From Geobacter metallireducens GS-15 (GTDB lineage: Bacteria; Desulfobacterota; Desulfuromonadia; Geobacterales; Geobacteraceae): a stretch of 32,000 nt of DNA. Location: assembly GCF_000012925.1 (NCBI RefSeq), contig NC_007517.1, forward strand, positions 3,600,001-3,632,000, read 5' to 3'. Numbering within the stretch: the first letter of the stretch is position 1; every line of letters starts with the position of its first letter. Positions 10,020 to 20,438 of this stretch are shown piece by piece. The position numbers were made by a program, and so were the translations under genes. The notes beneath the pieces were generated by a model. That model was not told the DNA's origin, ran no database searches, and saw only the letters and a program-made list of their open reading frames with translations.

Positions 10020-10877
10020 TCAGTAGACTGAAAAACGGTTCTTCTGGTAAATCCGCTCCATGGGACAGAGGGTGGTAAACCGCTGCCGCACCTCTGCGAC
10101 GAGGGTCTCTGCCTTGCCGAGCACCAACACCCCCCCGGTACAGAGAGAAGAAACGAATCCTCGCAGAATCCGCGCCTGCTCACTACGTTCAAAGTAGATG
10201 AGAACATTGCGGCAGAGAATCAGGTCGCTCTCGACGGATGATTCAGGGTCGAACAGGTCGCTGCGGCGAAAGTCCACCATCTCCCTGATGGTCGGATCCA
10301 GCACGAACCGCTCTCCCATGGGCCTGAAATAGCGATCCTTAACTTCGGCAGGAACCTCGGCGAGACGCTCCGGAGAATATATCCCGGCGCGGGCCGCATC
10401 AAGTATCCCTCCATCTATATCGGTCGCCACGAGGGAAACCTTGAACTCTTTCAGTGACTCGCGGAACGAATCTCTCAGGATGATCGCCAGCGAGTAAGGT
10501 TCTTCGCCGCTGGCGCAGCCGACGCTCCAAAAGGTAGCACTGTCCCGCCCCTCGCGCCGAAGCCGGTCGAAGATCGCCGGGAGGACCGTTCCGCGCAGCG
10601 CCTCGAAGGTGGAACTGTTGCGGAAAAACTGGCTCACGTGGATGGTGAGCCCCTTGAGGAGAAGTTCCAGTTCCCTTTCGTTTCGTGCCACGAGATCGCA
10701 ATAGGCGTCTGCCGTCACGGAGCGGGTCGCCCTTACCCGAATGGCAATCCGCCGCTTCAGATACTTGTCCTTATAACTGCTGATGTCAAAGTTCCGACGA
10801 AGCCTCAGGATGTCCCGGACCCGCTCCAGGGCGTGATCGGGGAAATCAAGGGAGGTTTCGTCACTCTCGGTTGCCAT
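10020..10877 (-). CDS. cheR: chemotaxis protein methyltransferase CheR
   Basis: CheR N-domain (LERVRDILRLRRNFDISSYKDKYLKRRIAIRV) and SAM-binding block FWSVGCASGEEPYSLAI..ILCRNVLIYF. The start is uncertain. ATG 10877 (MATESDE..) best fits family length. ATG 10895 and GTG 10985 are in-frame alternatives. Confidence 0.85.
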   Translation of the reverse strand: MATESDETSLDFPDHALERVRDILRLRRNFDISSYKDKYLKRRIAIRVRATRSVTADAYCDLVARNERELELLLKGLTIHVSQFFRNSSTFEALRGTVLPAIFDRLRREGRDSATFWSVGCASGEEPYSLAIILRDSFRESLKEFKVSLVATDIDGGILDAARAGIYSPERLAEVPAEVKDRYFRPMGERFVLDPTIREMVDFRRSDLFDPESSVESDLILCRNVLIYFERSEQARILRGFVSSLCTGGVLVLGKAETLVAEVRQRFTTLCPMERIYQKNRFSVY

Positions 10878-10981
10878 CCATGTTGGTAAAATCATGGCCT
10901 CATGCCCTGCATTGTCACGGGAGATGTCGGTTGTTGGCAGCAAGAACCGTTCCGGGAAGCGAAAGAATCCCCCCCCGGGCG

Positions 10982-11971
10982 TCACGCTACGGCAAAATGA
11001 TTGTAGCCACCGCAGGTAACGGGTATCTCGCGGCCATCGGGTCCCACCACCGCAAGGCCTCTACCGTCGGTTATTTCACCGATGAGGGTGGCGGCACAAC
11101 CGGTTTCCACCAGGAGGGGGGCCACTTCCTCGCTCCGATCGGCCGGAACCGTAAACAGGAGTTCGTAATCCTCGCCGCCGGTCAGGGAGAGAAGGGAGGG
11201 ATTCGGGGTCATCTGGGGAGCGAGTTCGCGAAAAGAGGGAGAGAGGGGAAGAAGGTCGAGCTTAAGACGGGCACCAACGCCGGAAAGATCGAGGATGTGT
11301 CCCAGATCGGCGGCAAGGCCATCGCTCACGTCGATCATTGCACTGGGAAGCCTTGCCCCAGCGAGGGCAAGGCCGGCCCGGACCCGGGGGGTGGGGTCCA
11401 GGTGGCGGTCCACGGCCCATCCCCGACGCTCACCCCGTCTCAGGAGTTCGAGCCCCAGGGCCGAATCGCCAACGGTGCCCGTCACGAAAACATGGTCACC
11501 GGGGCGGGCGCCGCCACGGCGGACAACCAGTTCCGGAACCTGCTCGCCGTGGAGGGTAACCGATATCACGAGACCATTTGACGAGCGGCAGGTATCGCCG
11601 CCGATGAGAGTAACGCCGTGTTCGCGGGCCAGATCGAGCATCCCCTCGGTGAACCGGTCAAGGAACTCCACGGTCACGCCGGTAGGGACGGCAAGGGAAA
11701 GAAGGAAATGGCGGGGCTCCCCCCCCATGGCGGCCACGTCCGAGAGGTTCACCGCCAGGGATTTTCTTCCGAGGCGGTAGGGGTCGGTGAAGGCAAGGTC
11801 GAAGTGGATTCCCTCCAGAAGCATGTCGGAGGTAACGAGGAGCCACCGCCCCGGCGTGGGCTCCGTGGCGGCAGCGTCGTCACCGATGCCGATCCGCACC
11901 CCGGCACCGTCGGCGACCCGGGAAGATATGCGTCCGATGAGGCCGAATTCCCCTATCTCCCTAAGTCTCAA
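10982..11971 (-). CDS. thiL: thiamine-monophosphate kinase
   Basis: [15 protein letters not shown].., [24 protein letters not shown]: the AIR-synthase-like ThiL pattern. TTG start in a TTGA overlap with the lon stop. Confidence 0.9.
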   Translation of the reverse strand: MRLREIGEFGLIGRISSRVADGAGVRIGIGDDAAATEPTPGRWLLVTSDMLLEGIHFDLAFTDPYRLGRKSLAVNLSDVAAMGGEPRHFLLSLAVPTGVTVEFLDRFTEGMLDLAREHGVTLIGGDTCRSSNGLVISVTLHGEQVPELVVRRGGARPGDHVFVTGTVGDSALGLELLRRGERRGWAVDRHLDPTPRVRAGLALAGARLPSAMIDVSDGLAADLGHILDLSGVGARLKLDLLPLSPSFRELAPQMTPNPSLLSLTGGEDYELLFTVPADRSEEVAPLLVETGCAATLIGEITDGRGLAVVGPDGREIPVTCGGYNHFAVA

Positions 11972-14439
11972 CTCTTTGCCCCGGCCATGGCTCCTTTGCG
12001 GGGAGCGGCAATCCCCCGCCGCGGCGGCGCCTTCACCGTGGCTGCCGGCTTCCCCTCGCTGGCGGGAGGGGGTGGCGGGAAGGTTTCCAGAGCCACCGCG
12101 AGAACGTCGTCAATGACCTTGGCGGAAACGACCGTCACCTTCTTGAGGATATGTTTGGGAATCTCCTCCAGGTCCTTCTCGTTCTGCTCGGGGATGACGA
12201 TGGTCTTGATCCCCGCCCGGATGGCGGCGAGCATCTTCTCCTTGAGGCCACCGATGGGAAGAACCTTCCCCCGCAGGGTGATCTCGCCGGTCATGGCCAC
12301 GTCCTTGCGGACCGGAACCCGCGTCAGGGCCGAGACAAGGGCCGTTGCCATGGTAACGCCGGCAGAGGGGCCATCCTTGGGGATAGCGCCCGCTGGAACG
12401 TGGACGTGGATGTCATACCCGGAGAGGAAATCCTCGGCCAGGTGGAACTCCTTGGCCTTGGAGCGGATGTAGGAAAGGGCCGCCTGAACCGACTCCTTCA
12501 TGACGTCTCCCAGGTGCCCGGTGAGGGTGAGTCCCCCCTTCCCCTTCATGATCGTCGCCTCCACGAAGAGGACTTCGCCCCCCACGGGGGTCCAGGCAAG
12601 GCCGGTAACGATCCCCACTTCGTTCTTCTCCATCTCCCCCTCCCGGATGAACCGGGCCGGTCCGAGATATTTCGCCACCGTGGCCGGGGTGATCCGGAAG
12701 CGGCGGCCATCCCCCTCGGCCACCTTGCGGGCCACCTTGCGGCAGACACTGCCGATCTCCCGCTCCAGGTTCCGCAGTCCCGCCTCCCGGGTATACTTGG
12801 CGATGATGGTGCGCACCGCCTCGTCGCTGATGACGATCTCCTTCTCCGAAATGCCGTTTTCTTTCATCTGCCGAGGGATGAGGTAGCGTTTGGCGATCTC
12901 CAGTTTTTCCTCCTCCGTGTACCCGGAGAGCTGGATCACCTCCATCCGGTCGCGAAGAGGCCCCGGGACCGTGTCAATCTGGTTGGCGGTGGCGATGAAC
13001 ATCACGTTGGACAGGTTGAAGGGGAGGTTGATGTAATGGTCCGAGAACATGTGGTTCTGCTCCGGGTCCAGCACCTCCAGCAGAGCCGAGGAGGGATCGC
13101 CCCGGAAGTCGGCCCCAAGCTTGTCCAGCTCGTCGAGCATGAAAACGGGGTTGTTGGAGCCGGCCTGCTTGAGCCCCTGGATGATCCGGCCGGGGAGCGC
13201 CCCCACATAGGTGCGCCGGTGCCCCCGGATCTCGGCCTCGTCCCGCACCCCTCCCAAGGAGATGCGGACGAACTTCCGCCCCATGGCCCGGGCGATGGAC
13301 TTGCCGAGGGAGGTCTTGCCCACCCCGGGAGGACCAACGAAACAGAGGATCGGCCCCTTCATCTTCTTGCGAAGCTTGCGCACGGCCAGGAACTCCAGGA
13401 TCCGCTCCTTGATCTTCTCCAGGTAGAAGTGGTCCTCATCGAGAATCTGCCGGGCCCGCTTGATGTCGAGAACGTCCTTGGTCGCCTTGCCCCAGGGAAG
13501 CTCCACCATCCAGTCCAGGAACGTGCGGAGCATCCCCGCCTCGGCGGCGTCGGGGTGCATCTGCTCCAGGCGCCCCAACTGCTTGAAGGCCTCCTTCTCC
13601 ACGACCGGCGGCATCTTGGCCTGCTCGATGGCCTTGCGGAGCTCGTTCAGCTCCTCGGAACGGGGATCGGTCTCCCCCAGCTCCTGCTGGATGGCCCGCA
13701 GTTGCTCCCGGAGGAAGTACTCCCGCTGGCTCTTCCCCATCTCCTCCTTGGCGGCCGACTGGATCTTCACCTGCATGTCGAGGAGCTCGTGCTCCTTGTT
13801 GAGATGCTCATTGACCTTCTGGAGCCGCTGGACCGGATCGATGATCTCCAGGAGGGCCTGGGCGTCATCGACTTTGAGGCCGATATTGCTGGCAATGAGG
13901 TCGGCCAGGCTTCCCGGCTCCTGCATGTTCTCCACAATCACGAGGACTTCGGGAGAAACGGCCTTGCCGAGGGAGACGATCTGGGTCAACTGCTCCTTGA
14001 CAGCCCTCATGAGAGCCTCGGTTTCCAGGGACTCCTCGGGGACCGAGGGCTCCACGATCCGCTCGATCCGGACCGTATAGGCGGGCTTCGACTCCACGAA
14101 CTCGGTGATAAGCCCCTTGGCGAGCCCCTGGACGAGAACCTTCACCCGCCCGTCGGGAAGCTTCAGCATCCGCATGATCATTGCCACGGTTCCGACGGTG
14201 TACATCCCCTCGGGGGTCGGTTCTTCGTCTCCCATCTCCTTCTGGGTGGCGAGAAAGATGAGCCGGTCCCTGGAGAGAGCCTGGTCCACCGCGTTGATGG
14301 AGATCTCGCGTCCCACGAAAAGGGGAAGGATCATGTACGGGTAGACCACCACATCCCGCACCGGCAACAGGGGCAAAACATCGGGGATTTTCAGTTCCTC
14401 GTTCTCCTGCCGGGGTTCTTTATCTTCAATTTCTTCCAT
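11968..14439 (-). CDS. lon: ATP-dependent Lon protease (LonA)
   Basis: ATG at 14439 gives [33 protein letters not shown] (LON N-domain). Walker [10 protein letters not shown]. Catalytic Ser context [15 protein letters not shown]. The 58 upstream codons of ORF 11968..14613 overlap hsp20 and are rejected. Confidence 0.95.
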   Translation of the reverse strand: MEEIEDKEPRQENEELKIPDVLPLLPVRDVVVYPYMILPLFVGREISINAVDQALSRDRLIFLATQKEMGDEEPTPEGMYTVGTVAMIMRMLKLPDGRVKVLVQGLAKGLITEFVESKPAYTVRIERIVEPSVPEESLETEALMRAVKEQLTQIVSLGKAVSPEVLVIVENMQEPGSLADLIASNIGLKVDDAQALLEIIDPVQRLQKVNEHLNKEHELLDMQVKIQSAAKEEMGKSQREYFLREQLRAIQQELGETDPRSEELNELRKAIEQAKMPPVVEKEAFKQLGRLEQMHPDAAEAGMLRTFLDWMVELPWGKATKDVLDIKRARQILDEDHFYLEKIKERILEFLAVRKLRKKMKGPILCFVGPPGVGKTSLGKSIARAMGRKFVRISLGGVRDEAEIRGHRRTYVGALPGRIIQGLKQAGSNNPVFMLDELDKLGADFRGDPSSALLEVLDPEQNHMFSDHYINLPFNLSNVMFIATANQIDTVPGPLRDRMEVIQLSGYTEEEKLEIAKRYLIPRQMKENGISEKEIVISDEAVRTIIAKYTREAGLRNLEREIGSVCRKVARKVAEGDGRRFRITPATVAKYLGPARFIREGEMEKNEVGIVTGLAWTPVGGEVLFVEATIMKGKGGLTLTGHLGDVMKESVQAALSYIRSKAKEFHLAEDFLSGYDIHVHVPAGAIPKDGPSAGVTMATALVSALTRVPVRKDVAMTGEITLRGKVLPIGGLKEKMLAAIRAGIKTIVIPEQNEKDLEEIPKHILKKVTVVSAKVIDDVLAVALETFPPPPPASEGKPAATVKAPPRRGIAAPRKGAMAGAKS

Positions 14440-14891
14440 TACTCGTCTCCTTGTTCTATCGGTATCTCGCGGATGATTTTCCCCCGATCCGCGAGACGGG
14501 GAAAGGTGACCGTGAGGACCCCCTGCCGAAAAGAGGCCCTGACGGCGGCGATATCCACCGTGAGCGGAACCTCGACGGCGCGACAGAAGCGCCCGAACCT
14601 CCGCTCCAGACAACGGTAGCTCACCCCGTCACGGGTATCGTCACGCTTGACCCCTTCCAGAATCAGCGTATTAGAGCATAGCTTGAGTGACAGGTCGCCC
14701 CGGTCGCAGCCGGGGAGTTCAAACTCCGCCGTGAATTCGTCCGGGGTCTCGAAGATGTCAATGGCCGGAAGATACTCGCATTCGCCCCAACGCTCCCCCC
14801 CGCCGATGCGGGCGATGTAGTCGAAGACCTCGTCAATCTGCAGATGCAGGAGGGAGAGCCAGTCAAGCGGCTCCTTGGGAATAACGGCCAT
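14439..14891 (-). CDS. Hsp20/alpha-crystallin family small heat-shock protein
   Basis: Alpha-crystallin domain pattern [57 protein letters not shown]. Its TAA stop shares one base with the lon ATG (TAATG). Confidence 0.85.
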   Translation of the reverse strand: MAVIPKEPLDWLSLLHLQIDEVFDYIARIGGGERWGECEYLPAIDIFETPDEFTAEFELPGCDRGDLSLKLCSNTLILEGVKRDDTRDGVSYRCLERRFGRFCRAVEVPLTVDIAAVRASFRQGVLTVTFPRLADRGKIIREIPIEQGDE

Positions 14892-14928
14892 AGCACCCTC
14901 ATTGTGTGCGGAAAGACCTGGACGGAGA

Positions 14929-15018
14929 AATCCGCGCTCTCTGGAATTGAATTCAGGTCCAGTGCATCAGTTTAATCATCTAATCATCTTTGCGTCCGAA
15001 GTCAAGGCAATCCGCGCT
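14929..15018. repeat. 10-nt direct repeat AATCCGCGCT at 14929-14938 and 15009-15018, exactly 80 bp apart
   Basis: Read directly in the hsp20 upstream region. The two copies bracket the tandem 8-mer listed next. Confidence 0.5.
14973..14988. repeat. tandem 8-mer TAATCATC x2 (GATGATTA x2 on the minus strand)
   Basis: tttAATCATCTAATCATCttt read directly. It lies about 85-100 nt upstream of the hsp20 ATG in an AT-rich patch. Confidence 0.5.
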
Positions 15019-15081
15019 GGCTAAAACCGACGGGAATACCGCACCCTTGCCCACCGGGAAGCCTCGAAAGAGGTTAATCCG

Positions 15082-15110
15082 TTGAATTTTACCACCCCAC
15101 TGTGTATAAT
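15082..15110 (+). promoter_or_regulatory. near-consensus sigma-70 promoter
   Basis: TTGAAT (15082-15087), 17-nt spacer, TATAAT (15105-15110). It points toward the TPR gene but sits about 255 nt upstream of its start codon. Confidence 0.5.
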
Positions 15111-15369
15111 CCCCCGAATTGCATATGCCGGCCGGACATTGTCCCGTACCGACTCCCACTCCCTTCATCCGGAAACCGTGCCGCACTGGCGGCCGCCTGC
15201 TCCGCCTAACCGGCCCTTACGCGCCGCCGCCACACCAGAACGTCCCATCAGCAAGGGGACCACTGCGAGGAGACTGCCGCCGGGCACCCCACGCACAACA
15301 AAGACCTGTCATGCAGAGTGAACCGACAGGCATCGAAACACACTCGAAACGATTTCAGGAGGACACTTC

Positions 15370-17301
15370 GTGATACACAGCAGAACGATCTTGGTCCCGA
15401 CCCTCCTCTTTCAGCTTGCACTCGCGCTCCCCCTTGCTGCAGGGGCCGACAGCCGTTGCGACGACGCAAAGCGCCTGGCAGCCACCATCCCGGTGCAGGC
15501 CGATGGCGATACGACGAGGAAAACCGAGGATGTCGTCCTCGAATCCTGTGCCGACGGGGCCGCGGGCTATTTCGTCCGAGGCCTCCGCGCGGAGCGGGCG
15601 GGACGCCATGACGAGGCAATCAAGGACTACCGCGAGGCTCTCCGCCTTGAGCCGGCCTTTCCCCGGGCACAGGGAAACCTGGGCCTCGCCCTCCTGGCTA
15701 AAGGAAGTCACGACGACGCCGTCGTGGAACTGACCCGGGCCATCTCCTCCGACCCCGACCCAGGCTACCACCATGGCCTTGCCATGATCTTCGGCCAGCG
15801 CAAGATATACTCCCTCGCCCTCTACCATTACGCTGAAGCGGCAAAGGGGCTCCCTGCCGACCCGGTAATCCCCACCGAGCTTGCCGCCCTCTACCGTGAG
15901 ATGGGGAAGGTTAGCGACGCCGAAAAGCAGTACCGCAAGGCCCTCAGCCTCTCCCCCTCCCACGAAGAGGCACGAGTGGGCCTTGCGTCCCTCTACATGG
16001 CGGAAGGGCGGACCGACCGGGCAATCGAGGAACTGAAACAGGCCCAGATCGCCAGCCCCGGGAACAAGGAGGTCAGCAGCCTCCTCGCCGAGGCCTATGA
16101 GAAAAAGGGGGACCGTCAGGCAGCCGACTACCAGTCACTCCTGGCGGGGAAGCAGCGCGGTGTCCTCTCCGACGAGCGACTCAGGAGGGGAGACGAACTC
16201 ATGCAGGCCAAGGAGTATGCAAAGGCCGCGGAAGAGTTCAAGGCGGCACTCAGGGAAAAACCCGACTGGCCAGAGGCCCTGATGAGGCTCGCCGAAGCCC
16301 AGACGGCAGCGGGGTTCGATGACGAGGCCATTACCTCCTACAAGGAGTTGATCAGGCTCAAACTCGGCACCGGCGATACCCACTACAACCTCGGCGTCCT
16401 CTATGAGCGGAAGGGTCTCATCGACGAGGCAGTGGTCGAGTACAAACAGGCAATCCACAGTTCACCCGACAACGGCGACGCCCGCCGACGCCTGGCAGAC
16501 ATATATGCGCTTCGCGGCAGCTACCCCCAGGCCATCGAACAGTACCGCGAGCTTCTCAAGAAAGGGGACAACAACCCGGTCCTCCATCTGAAACTCGCCC
16601 GGGCACTGCTGGGGGCCAAGAACCCCAAGGAAGCCATGGCCTCCTACCAGGACGCCCTCAAAATCGCTCCCGACAACCTGGAGGCCCGCCGCGAACTGGC
16701 GGCCCTCTACCGCAAGGGAAACCAGAACGAGGAGGCGGAGAAGCAATACAAGGAAATCCTCCGCATCAAGAAAGACGACGCCGAAGCCCGCAACATCCTC
16801 ACTGCGCTCTATGTGAAGTCCAAGAAATACGACGAATTAATCACCCTTCTGAAGGACGGGGTGGAACTCGCCCCCAATGATCCGGCCAGCCATTACAAGC
16901 TTGGGCTCATCTACGAATTCAAGAAGGACTACGATGCCGCCGAACAAGAGTACAAAAAGGCGGTGGAACTGAAGGGGGATCACGCCAAGAGTCTCAATGC
17001 CCTGGGACGGATCTACCTGAAGACGGGAAAGATCTCCGAAGCAAAAGGAGCTCTGGAAGCAGCCAAGAAAGCCGACCCGGGAATGGAAGAAACAGCCGTC
17101 CTTCTGAGCAACATCAAAGAAGAACTTTCTCCCGAACCACCCCGCTACAGCAAGAAAGGGCGCAAAGGAAAAGCTTCGAAAGAGGCAAAAAAATCCCGGG
17201 CATCAAAGAAGAAATCATCGAAGAAGGGCGCTAAGGCCACTTCCAAGAAATCATCCACTAAATCCGGAGGCAAGGCCAAAAAAGCCAAGAAGAGCCACTA
17301 G
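15370..17301 (+). CDS. secreted multi-TPR repeat protein with Lys/Ser-rich C-terminal tail
   Basis: GTG start 6 nt after AGGAGGA. Signal peptide MIHSRTILVPTLLFQLALALPLAAGA. Repeated 34-aa TPR pattern (..A..YR.AL...P....A...LA..Y...G.). The last 51 aa contain about 21 Lys. Confidence 0.85.
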   Translation: MIHSRTILVPTLLFQLALALPLAAGADSRCDDAKRLAATIPVQADGDTTRKTEDVVLESCADGAAGYFVRGLRAERAGRHDEAIKDYREALRLEPAFPRAQGNLGLALLAKGSHDDAVVELTRAISSDPDPGYHHGLAMIFGQRKIYSLALYHYAEAAKGLPADPVIPTELAALYREMGKVSDAEKQYRKALSLSPSHEEARVGLASLYMAEGRTDRAIEELKQAQIASPGNKEVSSLLAEAYEKKGDRQAADYQSLLAGKQRGVLSDERLRRGDELMQAKEYAKAAEEFKAALREKPDWPEALMRLAEAQTAAGFDDEAITSYKELIRLKLGTGDTHYNLGVLYERKGLIDEAVVEYKQAIHSSPDNGDARRRLADIYALRGSYPQAIEQYRELLKKGDNNPVLHLKLARALLGAKNPKEAMASYQDALKIAPDNLEARRELAALYRKGNQNEEAEKQYKEILRIKKDDAEARNILTALYVKSKKYDELITLLKDGVELAPNDPASHYKLGLIYEFKKDYDAAEQEYKKAVELKGDHAKSLNALGRIYLKTGKISEAKGALEAAKKADPGMEETAVLLSNIKEELSPEPPRYSKKGRKGKASKEAKKSRASKKKSSKKGAKATSKKSSTKSGGKAKKAKKSH

Positions 17302-17360
17302 GAGCCTGCCCGCTCACCACGGATCGATTCGTCAGAAATATCCTCTTATTGATAACAAGA

Positions 17361-17383
17361 AGGGCCGGCATTGCCGGCCCTTC
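17361..17383. terminator. bidirectional intrinsic terminator between convergent TPR gene and tatA
   Basis: aGGGCCGGCattGCCGGCCCtt: an 8-bp GC stem with a short loop, flanked by aagaa upstream and ttc downstream. Confidence 0.6.
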
Positions 17384-17403
17384 GCCCATCGGAGACCTTT
17401 GCC

Positions 17404-17589
17404 CTATTTCGAAGGGTCGTCCTTTTTCTCCGGCTTTATCTCGATTTCATCCTTTCCATCCGATGCCTTCTTGAAGTTCCGGATGCTCTTGCCGAGGGCG
17501 CCGCCGATCTCGGGGAGCCTCCCGGCGCCGAAGACCACCAGGACAATGACGAGAATAACTATCAGCTCGGGCATGCCGATTCCAAACAT
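17404..17589 (-). CDS. tatA: twin-arginine translocase subunit TatA/E
   Basis: ATG at 17589 after [47 protein letters not shown] is the canonical TatA TM helix plus amphipathic helix. 61 aa. Confidence 0.85.
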   Translation of the reverse strand: MFGIGMPELIVILVIVLVVFGAGRLPEIGGALGKSIRNFKKASDGKDEIEIKPEKKDDPSK

Positions 17590-17623
17590 ACTGGACCTCC
17601 TTCTGCTCTGAACGGTACGAAAA

Positions 17624-17652
17624 AGTATTACATCTGGGTCCTTAAAAATCAA
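17624..17652 (-). promoter_or_regulatory. sigma-70-type promoter candidate for tatA
   Basis: Minus strand TTGATT (17652..17647), 17-nt spacer, AATACT (17629..17624). It lies in the AT-rich divergent intergenic region. Confidence 0.3.
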
Positions 17653-17780
17653 GAGCTCATCCTTCATCGGCACCCAACGGTCTCCCTCGCCCTCTTCAAT
17701 ATTTTCCTGTATTTTATGATTGACTGCCGATAGAATTAACCTCGACATCTCAAAATCAGCAGCACATTTTATTTATACTC

Positions 17781-17810
17781 TTCAACTATCCTTTCCCTCT
17801 ATGGTATATA
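17781..17810 (+). promoter_or_regulatory. extended -10 promoter candidate for the stand-alone response regulator
   Basis: TTCAAC (17781-17786), 18-nt spacer ending in TGg, then TATATA (17805-17810). Confidence 0.35.
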
Positions 17811-17850
17811 TTGTCTAACTTGTCGGCAACGCTAGATGCAAGGGCCTTCC

Positions 17851-18303
17851 ATGACCAACAGACACATTCTCCTTGTTGAAGACAACCCCGACGACGAAGT
17901 ACTGACGCTTCGCGCACTCCGCAAGCACAACATCGCCTCCGAAATAACCGTGGCACGGGATGGGGTTGAGGCCCTCGATTTTCTGTTCGGCACCGGCACC
18001 CACGGCGGACGCGACACGACCACCATGCCCTGCCTGGTCCTGCTTGACCTGAAACTCCCCAAGGTGGACGGACTCGAAGTCCTGCGCAGAATCAGAAGCG
18101 ACGAACGGACAAAGCTCCTTCCGGTGGTGGTCTTCACCTCCTCCAACGAGGAGCAGGACATCCTTGAGTGCCATACCCTGGGGGCCAACAGCTACATCCG
18201 CAAGCCGGTCGATTTCAACCACCTGAGTGAGGCGCTCCGCCTCATCGGCACCTACTGGCTCACCATGAACCTGACCCCGAAGCTCTCCAACGCCGCAAGG
18301 TAG
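17851..18303 (+). CDS. single-domain response regulator (receiver only)
   Basis: MTNRHILLVEDNPDDE..LVLLDLKLPKVDG..VVVFTSS..YIRKP has all canonical receiver residues and no output domain. An in-frame ATG at 17836 is an alternative start. Confidence 0.85.
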   Translation: MTNRHILLVEDNPDDEVLTLRALRKHNIASEITVARDGVEALDFLFGTGTHGGRDTTTMPCLVLLDLKLPKVDGLEVLRRIRSDERTKLLPVVVFTSSNEEQDILECHTLGANSYIRKPVDFNHLSEALRLIGTYWLTMNLTPKLSNAAR

Positions 18304-18409
18304 TCGCAACCCGCGGCAATCTGTGGCTCCGCTACCGCTTCCTTCCGAAACATTCGCATAACTCCGGATTTCGTGCGTCCTTTTCCCCGATGCAAACGCG
18401 ACCCGTCCA

Positions 18410-18418
18410 TGGTACTAT
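18410..18418 (+). promoter_or_regulatory. extended -10 element (TGgTACTAT) abutting the uvrB start codon
   Basis: TGGTACTAT at 18410-18418 is followed by cccccc and then the ATG at 18425. No Shine-Dalgarno is present. Confidence 0.25.
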
Positions 18419-18424
18419 CCCCCC

Positions 18425-20422
<1,998 letters not shown>

Positions 20423-20438
20423 AATGCCGGAGAACGTC

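Noticed and set aside
14440-14613. 58-codon N-terminal extension of the lon ORF; similar extensions for LolA-like 1 (7459..7713), tatA (17590..17748), cheY (9918..9980), REC-PilZ (20328..20438) and rsfS (1229..1810)
   Set aside because: The extensions overlap the upstream gene or an intergenic region and are Arg/Ser/Pro-rich. In each case an internal ATG with a good Shine-Dalgarno matches the family N-terminus.
12151-14619. 822-aa ORF on the plus strand
   Set aside because: It lies exactly antisense to lon. Its translation is low-complexity (Gly/Asp/Leu/His/Pro-rich) with no recognisable motif, whereas the minus strand encodes a textbook Lon. This is a typical GC-rich shadow ORF.
15285-15365. 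Possible GEMM-I (c-di-GMP/cGAMP) riboswitch, because of the CACGCACA..CAAA..CC string
   Set aside because: I could not assemble the P1 (GNRA-capped) and P2 (receptor) hairpins or the second CGCAAAGC-type conserved block. The only clear hairpin has a 14-nt loop. I kept this as a note under the leader finding and do not call it as a feature.
15119-15373. 84-aa ORF, and the antisense 68-aa ORF 14980..15186, in the hsp20/TPR intergenic region
   Set aside because: Neither has a Shine-Dalgarno, and both have a Pro/Arg/Cys-rich implausible composition. The region is better explained as a leader or ncRNA and promoter DNA.
18304-18424. SOS/LexA operator upstream of uvrB, and likewise upstream of the EndoQ-UvrD gene at 26388..26585
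   Set aside because: Visual scanning found no match to the Geobacter-type GGTT-N2-C-N4-G-N3-ACC box, nor to the CTGT-N8-ACAG box.
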